Source: Synechococcus elongatus PCC 6301
GTDB lineage: Bacteria; Cyanobacteriota; Cyanobacteriia; Synechococcales; Synechococcaceae
Direction of reading: 5' to 3'
NCBI RefSeq assembly: GCF_000010065.1
Contig: NC_006576.1
Span: 300,001-332,000 of the forward strand
Length of the DNA: 32,000 nucleotides
Shown: piece by piece, positions 9,864-16,966 of the stretch
How the letters are laid out: every line of letters begins with the position of its first letter
Numbering within the stretch: the first letter of the stretch is position 1
Notes under the pieces: generated by a model
The model's input: the letters and a program-made list of their open reading frames with translations, nothing else
Told to the model about the DNA's origin: nothing
Databases searched by the model: none
Program-made: the position numbers and the translations under genes

Positions 9864-9895
9864 CAAGAAAAACTCCCGCTAATTTAGCAGGAGTT
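9864..9895 (-). terminator. Intrinsic terminator downstream of the RTX-like gene
   Basis: Minus-strand RNA reads AACUCCUGC-UAAAUUA-GCGGGAGUU (9-bp stem with one G.U pair) followed by UUUUCUUG. It lies about 45 nt after the stop at 9941. Confidence 0.6.
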
Positions 9896-9940
9896 CAGGT
9901 AAACCTTTGTGCAAAAAGGCAAAGAGTTGGGGACAATAAA

Positions 9941-11773
9941 TTAACAGCAGCTATATGGCTGAAGCATATCTAATGCTGAACCTCCAATAATTAATGTTTC
10001 TGGAGTTGTTGTGGCAGTAATAACATCACCCATCATTGCATTAGAAGCCTTAAACAGGAGAAGTTCAGTAAAAGAATCACCCATTCCTGGATCTCGCGAT
10101 TCAAAGGTAGTATCAGTTAGGACTCCAGCAATAGCAAAAATATCTGAGATCATTCCAACACTGACAATCACATAATTACCATCACCATCAATGAATGCAG
10201 TACCAACTGAAGATTGAATCGTAAAACCATCAGTTCCTACAATGATAGAGTCGATCGATTCAAAGTCAGTAATGTAATCAAATCCATTCCCGAAGGTGAC
10301 ACTACCATTTTCACCACTTGTCGCTGCGATACCGTCACCTGTTGCCGCAAAGCTAAAAGTGTCTGATCCAAGCCCACCAGTTAAGGTGTCAGCGCCAGTG
10401 CCACCGTTAATCGTATCGCTGTCTGTACCGCCTACGATTGAGTCATTATCATTATTACCTTCAATCAAGTTACTTCCGTTGATTGCGATAATAGTATCAT
10501 TCCCATTACTGCCACTAACTGTGTTGCCAGATCCAGAGATAGTAAAACTAGGATTAATGGCAATCTCGATAGAATCATTACCCATGCCACCATCAATAGT
10601 ATTATTTCCAAATTCAACATTAATGGTGTCACTGCCATCGCCGCCATTAATGGTAGAAGCGGAAAAGCCGAGGATTGAATCATTCCCTAGACCTCCGAGG
10701 AGAGTACTACCAAAACCAATCTCTGTGATGACATCATCATTTTCACCACCATCGATCGAGTTACTGCCAGCGATCGTTCCTTCAATCGTATCGTTACCGC
10801 TCCCACCTAAAATAGTATTACTGTCACCAAAACCTCGAATATTATCGTTACCTGAATCACCGAAGATTGAGTCATTTCCAAGACCACCATCGATCGTGTC
10901 AGCACCATCACCACCTAAAATAGTGTCAGCACCAGCGCCACCATTAATTCTATCGCTGTCTGTACCGCCTACAATTGAGTCATTATTATTATTACCTTCA
11001 ATCAAGTTGTTTCCGCTGATTTCGATAATAGTGTCATTCCCATCACCGCCCAGAATAGTATCGTCTTGATCAGCGCCAGTGAGTCTATCGTCACCTTCAA
11101 ATCCATAGAGCACTGCAGGATTAGTACCTATAGCAGTTAAGGTATCAGCACCGATCGTCCCGATTCCTACAAACAAACCGACACCAACAGAGTCTGTTCC
11201 ATCAAAGACGTTCAGTTCACCGAACAGAGCAGTATCTAGCGCTGTAATCGTTGAGGTTGTTGGCGATCCATTATTAACCGTTCCAGGCATGAGGTTAGTT
11301 GTACCAACCCGTGCGGTTAAAGTGTCACTATCAATATCCTCTGCAGTGAAAGTGATGCTGTTAGCGTCAACAACAGGCCCTGCAGTAATTGTTGGAGCAT
11401 CATTAGTGCCAGCAAGATTAATTGACAATGTCCTCGTCTGAGAGACTGCTCCACGTGAGTCTTTAACAACATAATCAATTGCAATTACTTGAGTATCACC
11501 AAGACCTAAGCTGTCATAGCTAGTATCGTCTTGGTCAAAGGAATAGCTACCATTAGAATTGAGAGTAAATCCTGCTGGAGCTACTTGATTAGGGGCAAGT
11601 AGGAAAGTGATTGGATCACCATTCGGATCACTGGCGATAAGCTGACCGTTAAAAAGACCCGCGTTTTCAGTAAGGTTTTGTGTTTGGCTTTGTGCGATCG
11701 GCTTGCTGTTGAAGTTGAACAGACGTGAAAAGAGCTTGACGAAAGTGAACGCACTGAAATTAAAGGGTGCCAT
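9941..11773 (-). CDS. Large secreted-type calcium-binding repeat protein: N-terminal VCBS/cadherin-like module plus about 20 degenerate RTX (GGxGxDxUx) nonapeptides
   Basis: 610 aa. The N-terminal part reads IASDPNGDPITF...GDTQVIAIDYVVKDSRG...GTNDAPTITAG. The central part reads GGDGNDTI / GGAGADTILGGDGADTIDGGLGNDSIFGDSGNDNI and so on. The C-terminal 150 aa or so is non-repeat (FDYITDFESIDSIIVG...) and ends in SCC. No Sec-type signal peptide is apparent. DNA is about 30-47% G+C in sampled lines, versus about 55-65% in the flanks. An in-frame stop lies 12 nt upstream of the ATG. Confidence 0.85.
   Translation of the reverse strand: MAPFNFSAFTFVKLFSRLFNFNSKPIAQSQTQNLTENAGLFNGQLIASDPNGDPITFLLAPNQVAPAGFTLNSNGSYSFDQDDTSYDSLGLGDTQVIAIDYVVKDSRGAVSQTRTLSINLAGTNDAPTITAGPVVDANSITFTAEDIDSDTLTARVGTTNLMPGTVNNGSPTTSTITALDTALFGELNVFDGTDSVGVGLFVGIGTIGADTLTAIGTNPAVLYGFEGDDRLTGADQDDTILGGDGNDTIIEISGNNLIEGNNNNDSIVGGTDSDRINGGAGADTILGGDGADTIDGGLGNDSIFGDSGNDNIRGFGDSNTILGGSGNDTIEGTIAGSNSIDGGENDDVITEIGFGSTLLGGLGNDSILGFSASTINGGDGSDTINVEFGNNTIDGGMGNDSIEIAINPSFTISGSGNTVSGSNGNDTIIAINGSNLIEGNNDNDSIVGGTDSDTINGGTGADTLTGGLGSDTFSFAATGDGIAATSGENGSVTFGNGFDYITDFESIDSIIVGTDGFTIQSSVGTAFIDGDGNYVIVSVGMISDIFAIAGVLTDTTFESRDPGMGDSFTELLLFKASNAMMGDVITATTTPETLIIGGSALDMLQPYSCC
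10386..10506. repeat. Copy A of a 121-bp intragenic direct repeat (RTX gene)
   Basis: By-eye alignment to 10923..11043 gives about 109/121 identical bases. The offset is 537 bp (179 codons, in frame). It encodes ...NLIEGNNDNDSIVGGTDSDTINGGTGADT... Confidence 0.8.
10923..11043. repeat. Copy B of the 121-bp intragenic direct repeat (RTX gene)
   Basis: Partner of 10386..10506. It encodes ...NLIEGNNNNDSIVGGTDSDRINGGAGADT... Confidence 0.8.
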
Positions 11774-11819
11774 GTCGGTAGAATTCTATGCCGTCGATGG
11801 ATAAACTTGCCAAAGCGAA

Positions 11820-11866
11820 AGTCAAAACTGAAAGTCCGGGTTTTGACTAAATTGTTTGGGATTATA
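11820..11866 (-). promoter_or_regulatory. Candidate -10 box and 5'-leader hairpin upstream of the RTX-like gene
   Basis: A perfect TATAAT on the minus strand (plus-strand ATTATA at 11861..11866) lies about 90 nt upstream of the ATG. A 9-bp perfect hairpin, AGTCAAAAC (11820..11828) / GTTTTGACT (11840..11848), would sit in the leader. No convincing -35 was found. Confidence 0.3.
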
Positions 11867-12075
11867 GCCCAGAATTTTCAAAGATGTTGGTAGTCGAGGC
11901 TTCCACAGATTTCCTGCTAACCACTAATCGAATCATCGTATTGAGGTTATGAAGAGCTAAAACTCGAGCCATGAACTGTACCAAACAATGATTACTCGGT
12001 CAGCAACTCAAGAGCGATCCGCACAAACCAGAGCCAAGAAAAGGTATTAACCTACTTCACCCTTCCCTAGTTTTT

Positions 12076-12107
12076 AAGAATTTTGGTTTCTCCAGAAGAA
12101 AATTCTT
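12076..12107. repeat. Perfect 9-bp inverted repeat in the AT-rich spacer
   Basis: AAGAATTTT (12076..12084), 14-nt spacer, AAAATTCTT (12099..12107). No U-tract in terminator orientation on either strand. Confidence 0.6.
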
Positions 12108-12287
12108 GTGACTCAGGATATCTGCCTTAGTCACTTCACCACAGTCTTCGTCATCTAGGTTTACTGGATTTATCGAGACTATGATTGTTTCCCATCAGAA
12201 AGTTAAGGCATTGACCTTTTCCTAGTGCAATGACTTTGCCAGCCTTGGCACTTGAGCCTGATAACTCAGACTCTAAAGGCATCAGAT

Positions 12288-13499
12288 CTACAGCGATCGC
12301 ACCTCAACGGGAGTTCCCGCCGCGAGGAAGTCCTGACCAGCCGGCAGAATTGCCCAATGGGTTGATTCAACCAGAGACTTGAGCGCTGCAGAGGACTGCT
12401 GAGGATCTACCCAGACCTTGCCCTCGGGAGTCAGCCGCGATCGCCAGAAGCACTGCAGTCCCTCTGGTTTGCGGACAGATTCTGCTAAAGGCAACCAAAG
12501 GGGCGATCGCACTTCGTTGCGGCAGGCCATCAGCAAGGGTTTCAGGAAAAACTCAGCCGTGACGGTTGTGGAAACAGGATTGCCCGGACAAGCCAAGACG
12601 AGGCCTTGGTGCTCCGGTGCGATCGCAAACAACAGCGGCTTTCCGGGTCGAATTGCGACTTTATGAAAAATCGTTTGGCAGCCCAAGCGTTCCAGGGCAG
12701 CGGGCACAAAGTCAGCAACGCCCATCGAGACAGCACCTGTGGTTAGTAATAAGCGCACGCCTTGCGACCAAAATTGCTGAGCGATCGCGGCAAACTGTTC
12801 GGGGTCATCCGGGACATGAGCGATCGCCCGTACCTCACAACCGAGTCGCTGCAACTGCTCAATCAAAAAAGGCTGACTGGAATTGCGGATCTGCCCAAGT
12901 TCCAACGTCGGTTGCGACCAAGGCACCACCTCAGTCCCTGTGGAAATCAAGCCCACAGGCAGTTTCGACCAGACTGGCAGTTCACCCATCCCCACAGCAG
13001 CGGCCAGCATCAATGCCATCGGCGTGAGTCGCTGACCTTTCGCCAGCAGGGGCGAGCCTTGGCGGAGATCTTCGCCCTGCCTTCGAATGAATTGACCGGC
13101 GGGAATCGGTGTCGAAACCGCGATCGCATTCTCTTCTTGCACCACATCCTCGACTTTGACGATCACATCAAAGCCAGCCGGAATTGGCGCACCCGTCATC
13201 ACCGCACAGGCAACGCCTGTGGGATTTGCAAGTAGCGGTGGTTGCTCACCTGCCATCACACGACCAACAACTGGCAACCGCACGGGGCGATCGGGGCTGG
13301 CTGCCGCAACATCCTGACTGCGCAGGGCAAAGCCATCCATGGCAGAGTTGTCCCAGTGCGGTAAGTCGCAGGGCGCGGCCAAATCCTTCGCCAACAGGCG
13401 ATCGCCCGTTTCCAGTAGCGGCACCCTTTCGATTGCCAACGGTAATTGCGCCACTTCAGCCAACAGCAACTCGATCGCTGCCGAATAGGACAAGATCAT
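12288..13499 (-). CDS. moeA: Molybdopterin molybdenumtransferase
   Basis: About 403 aa; MILSYSAAIELLL...PHWDNSAMDGFALRS...MTGAPIPAG...LLLTTGAVSMGVADF is typical of MoeA. The track start at 13523 is GTG; the ATG at 13499 is preferred. It lies divergent from the moa operon. Confidence 0.9.
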   Translation of the reverse strand: MILSYSAAIELLLAEVAQLPLAIERVPLLETGDRLLAKDLAAPCDLPHWDNSAMDGFALRSQDVAAASPDRPVRLPVVGRVMAGEQPPLLANPTGVACAVMTGAPIPAGFDVIVKVEDVVQEENAIAVSTPIPAGQFIRRQGEDLRQGSPLLAKGQRLTPMALMLAAAVGMGELPVWSKLPVGLISTGTEVVPWSQPTLELGQIRNSSQPFLIEQLQRLGCEVRAIAHVPDDPEQFAAIAQQFWSQGVRLLLTTGAVSMGVADFVPAALERLGCQTIFHKVAIRPGKPLLFAIAPEHQGLVLACPGNPVSTTVTAEFFLKPLLMACRNEVRSPLWLPLAESVRKPEGLQCFWRSRLTPEGKVWVDPQQSSAALKSLVESTHWAILPAGQDFLAAGTPVEVRSL

Positions 13500-13602
13500 C
13501 ACCGCTCCCTTGCGAACGCCCACTCATCTCTTCCCATCAAATCAGTTGGCAGCTCACTCGCTGGCACAATCGAGAGCGAAACAATCGGGCAGGGCAACAG
13601 CG

Positions 13603-14574
13603 ATGAGCATCCGCATGATCGATGTCGGTGATAAGGCGGTCACGGAACGAACAGCGCGGGCTGAAGGTTGGATTCGCCTTGCCCCCGAGGTCTATCAGCG
13701 CGTTACTCAAGGTCAACTCCCCAAGGGCGATGGCTTTTTGCTTGCCCAAGTCGCCGGCATTCAAGGAGCAAAACGCACGGCGGATCTGTTGCCGCTCTGC
13801 CATCCTCTGCCGATCGAAGGGGTGAAAATCGACTGCCAGCCCCTAGCGGATAGCCAAACGATTCGGGTCGAGGCGCGAGTCCGCACCACCGGTAAAACTG
13901 GCGTGGAGATGGAAGCCCTCGCCGCTGTTTCGGCAGCACTGCTCTGTCACTACGACTTAACTAAGATGTTCGACGCGACTGCTGAGATCGGCGGTATTGG
14001 CCTGCTCGAAAAAACGGGTGGCAAGTCGGGTCATTGGCAGCGGCCAGCGATCGCTCCTGATGTAGCCCCAACCGGCGCCTTAGCAGGCGTTTTCGCAACG
14101 GTGACCACGGTCAGCGATCGCGTAGCGGCGGATCAAGCGGAAGATCGCTCAGGGCCACTGATCCAAAACTGGTTAACCGATCAAGCAGCAACGATCGCGA
14201 CTGCAACCTGTGTTGCCGATGAACCGGCTTTGATTCAAGCGGCGATCCAAGCAGCGATTGCTCAAGGATCCGCATTGATTCTTCTGACCGGGGGAACGGG
14301 GCTAGGACCGCGCGATCGCACCCCCGAAGCGATCGCCGATCTAGGTGCCATTCCTGTACCTGGCATTGGTGAAGCGCTCCGCCAAGCCGGGCGATCGGAG
14401 ACGGTAATGACTTGGCTGCCCCGCAGTGGCGGCTGGATGCTTGAGGGCAGTTTCGTGATCGCTTTGCCCGGCAGTTCCCGCGCTGTTAGCAGCGGTTTGG
14501 CGATGTTGCAACCCTTGCTGCCCCACAGTTTGGCAATCTTGAAAGGCGCAGATCATGGAACAGTGAAGGGATGA
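13603..14574 (+). CDS. moaC: Fused cyclic pyranopterin monophosphate synthase MoaC plus MoaB/Mog-type molybdopterin-binding domain
   Basis: The N-terminal half reads MIDVGDKAVTERTARAEG...LLPLCHPLPIEGVKID...TGKTGVEMEAL (MoaC). After a linker (GHWQRPAIAPDVAPTGALAG), the C-terminal half reads TVSDRVAADQAEDRSGPLI...LILLTGGTGLGPRDRTPEA (MoaB/MogA fold). The ATG at 13603 is preferred over the upstream start at 13510. Confidence 0.9.
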   Translation: MSIRMIDVGDKAVTERTARAEGWIRLAPEVYQRVTQGQLPKGDGFLLAQVAGIQGAKRTADLLPLCHPLPIEGVKIDCQPLADSQTIRVEARVRTTGKTGVEMEALAAVSAALLCHYDLTKMFDATAEIGGIGLLEKTGGKSGHWQRPAIAPDVAPTGALAGVFATVTTVSDRVAADQAEDRSGPLIQNWLTDQAATIATATCVADEPALIQAAIQAAIAQGSALILLTGGTGLGPRDRTPEAIADLGAIPVPGIGEALRQAGRSETVMTWLPRSGGWMLEGSFVIALPGSSRAVSSGLAMLQPLLPHSLAILKGADHGTVKG

Positions 14575-14843
14575 CAACAACGATCACGCTGATCTGTTTT
14601 GGAGGGCTGGCAGCACTCAGTCCTGAGGGGCAGCCCATGCCGCTGGAGCTCGACCTACCGGCGACGGTTGCTGACCTTAAAGTGGCGATCGCCCGAGCCT
14701 GCGATCTGATGCCAGATTCAGCACTGGCGCAACTGCTGCAAAAGTCAGCGATCGGCAGCGAAACCCGCATCTATATAGATAGCGATTTAATCCCTGCCAG
14801 CCTCTCGCACCTGGCCTTGCTGCCCCCCGTGAGTGGAGGTTGA
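14571..14843 (+). CDS. moaD: Molybdopterin synthase sulfur-carrier subunit
   Basis: 90 aa of ThiS/MoaD size, ending in the diagnostic C-terminal ...PPVSGG. ATGA overlaps the moaCB stop. Confidence 0.85.
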   Translation: MTTTITLICFGGLAALSPEGQPMPLELDLPATVADLKVAIARACDLMPDSALAQLLQKSAIGSETRIYIDSDLIPASLSHLALLPPVSGG

Positions 14844-14845
14844 AC

Positions 14846-15343
14846 ATGCCAGACTTGCTGACCTGCGATCGCCATCAGATTGAACTGAGCCTAGCCCCCA
14901 TTCCCCTCTCAGCTGCTGCTGAATTTTGTCACGACGATCGCTACGGGGCCTTTGCCAGCTTTGTGGGCTGGGTGCGGCGCGTCAATGTCGGTCGCTTAGT
15001 GACGGGCATCACCTATCAAAGTTTTCAGCCGCTCTGCCGCACAGTTCAGACCGAAATTTGCCAAGAGGCTGAGCAGGTGTTCGGCCAAGAACTGCGCATC
15101 TACGTCCAACACCGCCTCGGTGAAACTCGTGTTGGTGACCCCACCGTGCTGATCGGCGTCGGTGCCATTCATCGCGATGAAGCCTGTGAAGCCTGCCGCT
15201 ACGTAATTGAGGAGCTAAAACATCGCGCCCCAATCTGGAAACTCGAACACTATGAAGATGGAGACTCGGGCTGGGTGCCTGGCAACTGTCTCTGCCAAGA
15301 GCGGCGATCGCGCGATCGCAGAGGATCCACAGGGCCGGAATGA
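14846..15343 (+). CDS. moaE: Molybdopterin synthase catalytic subunit
   Basis: [48 protein letters not shown] is the MoaE signature. GGAGG at 14835..14839 lies 6 nt before the ATG at 14846; the track start at 14840 is TTG. Confidence 0.9.
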
Positions 15344-16323
15344 TCGTTCTAGCAGACCATCACGATCGGCAATTTCGCTATCTGCGCCTGTCCTTAACAG
15401 ACGTTTGCAACTTCCGCTGCGGCTACTGCCTGCCCAAGGGGCAACAGCTGGATCCACAACGGCCCGCACTGCTCACCCTCCCAGAAATTCGGCATCTAAT
15501 TGAAGGGTTTGTGGCGCTGGGGATCGAAAAAGTCCGACTGACGGGCGGTGAACCAACGCTGCGATCGGATCTAGTTGATATCGTGCGTGCCGTGGCGGCT
15601 GTACCCGGCATTCGCCGTGTTGCCCTGACCAGCAATGGTTGGAATCTGCGCGATCGCTTGGCCGATCTTCAGGCTGCTGGGCTGACTCAGCTCAATCTCA
15701 GTCTCGATAGTTTGGACGCTGCCCGCTTTCAGGCTATTACTGGCAGCAGCCGTTTTGAAGCCGTGATGGCCGCCCTTGAACAAGCGATCGCGCTGCGCTT
15801 ACCGATCCTCAAGGTCAATGCCGTCCTGCTGAAGACGCTGAATTATCCGCAGCTCTCAGACTTTGTTGAATTTGTGCGCGATCGCCCCATTAGCATCCGT
15901 TTCATTGAGCTGATGCAAACCCTCGATAATCACGACTACTTTCAGCAGGAGTTTCTATCAGGCTCTGTCCTCACCGAACAGTGGCTAGCGCAGGGCTGGC
16001 AACCAATCAAACGCGATCGCACTGCAGGGCCAGCCCAAGAATATTGCCATCCCAATTACCAAGGGAAATTGGGCATAATCGCCCCCTACAGTCCTAACTT
16101 TTGCCAGAACTGCAATCGCCTGCGCGTCACCAGTCGCGGGGCGCTGCGACTCTGCCTGTTTGGCACGGGCGAATTTGACCTCCGCCCTTGGCTCCAACAT
16201 CCCGATCAGCGATCGCAGCTTCTTGAGCAAGTCCAGCAAACCCTCAACTTCAAAACCGCAGGACACCAACTAGCTGAAGCCAACAGCGGCGATACCCGCA
16301 ACCTAGCGACCTATGGCGGCTAG
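15340..16323 (+). CDS. moaA: GTP 3',8-cyclase (radical SAM)
   Basis: [18 protein letters not shown] (CxxxCxxC radical-SAM cluster), [10 protein letters not shown], and a C-terminal [20 protein letters not shown] second-cluster motif. ATGA overlaps the moaE stop. Confidence 0.93.
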
Positions 16324-16338
16324 CAGGTTATTTCTGCC

Positions 16339-16458
16339 TTAGCGGGAATGAGCAGCCAATTGGCGCAGTTTGCGGAGGCGACGTCTGGCCACTTTTGGAG
16401 CTTTAGGACTGTATTTGCGATCAATGAGGATCAAGAGATGGCGATCGATCAGCATCAT
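16339..16458 (-). CDS. Candidate small basic protein (39 aa), below the ORF-track cutoff
   Basis: My translation gives MMLIDRHLLILIDRKYSPKAPKVARRRLRKLRQLAAHSR*. An unusually strong SD (AGGAGGAAGC) lies directly upstream of tandem ATG ATG, 4 and 7 nt from GGAGG. It is convergent with moaA, with its stop 16 nt from the moaA stop. No homolog recognised. Confidence 0.3.
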   Translation of the reverse strand: MMLIDRHLLILIDRKYSPKAPKVARRRLRKLRQLAAHSR

Positions 16459-16589
16459 GGCTTCCTCCTAATCTCAACTCAGGAAAATTTTGCAACTTGA
16501 TTCAACAAACTATCGAGTTTCTGATTACAAGCTGGCCTGCACTTTTATTATGACTCTCTCAAGATATTCAAGAAGATGCCAATGGCAAT

Positions 16590-16649
16590 AATCAATTCAG
16601 CAGAGTAATTGATTTAAGGCAATCTAATTGCAGTTTGGTATTTAGATTG
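16590..16649. repeat. Two adjacent perfect 8-bp inverted repeats in the AT-rich non-coding gap
   Basis: AATCAATT (16590..16597), 9 nt, AATTGATT (16607..16614). Then CAATCTAA (16620..16627), 14 nt, TTAGATTG (16642..16649). The second is followed immediately by a perfect TTGACA at 16646..16651. Confidence 0.6.
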
Positions 16650-16966
16650 ACAATTAAATTTACTTGAGTTTTGCTTTTGCAGTTATCTTGGTTTTTGAGA
16701 TGAGCAAGAGAGGGAATAGTTGCTCGAGTGATCGCTGCTTCTGCCCTCAATTAGCTTGCCACGGGCCGCGACAGACGCTAAATGTCATCAAATCCCTACA
16801 CCCCGCTCGTTGACTTGAGAAAGCAAGCTGTTCAAGGGCTGGGGTACCCTAGTCTCGATTCACAAACCTTTTTTGACGGTGAGTTGTTCTAGTTTTAGGG
16901 CAAAAGTGGTGCTAAAAAACCAGCTGTGGTTCTCACTAATGATGCCAAGAGGAGGCAAATAGAGAA

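Noticed and set aside
10296-11069. 257-aa plus-strand ORF rich in P/S/I/V (..PSPP.IVS..) opposite the RTX gene
   Set aside because: It is the mirror image of the GGxGxD codon periodicity on the opposite strand. It has no start context and is fully nested antisense in a much better-supported gene.
10300-11100. CRISPR-like regular periodic repeats
   Set aside because: The periodicity is 27 nt (nonapeptide codons) within a continuous ORF. There are no conserved direct repeats with unique spacers, and no cas genes occur in the window.
12151-12282. 43-codon minus-strand ORF (MPLESELSGSSAKAGKVIALGKGQ...) starting 5 nt after the moeA stop
   Set aside because: No SD and no recognisable features were seen. 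AT-rich DNA gives such ORFs by chance. It remains conceivable as a coupled small ORF but is unsupported.
13500-13602. Moco riboswitch or NtcA site in the moeA/moaCB divergent promoter
   Set aside because: The interval is only about 100 bp and contains no GTA-N8-TAC. I could not recognise Moco-motif features. It is left as a computational check only.
16646-16680. Perfect TTGACA at 16646 considered as the -35 of a plus-strand promoter
   Set aside because: No acceptable TAnnnT -10 lies 16-18 nt downstream (the sequence there is TTTTGC/TTTGCT). It is kept only as part of the palindrome observation.
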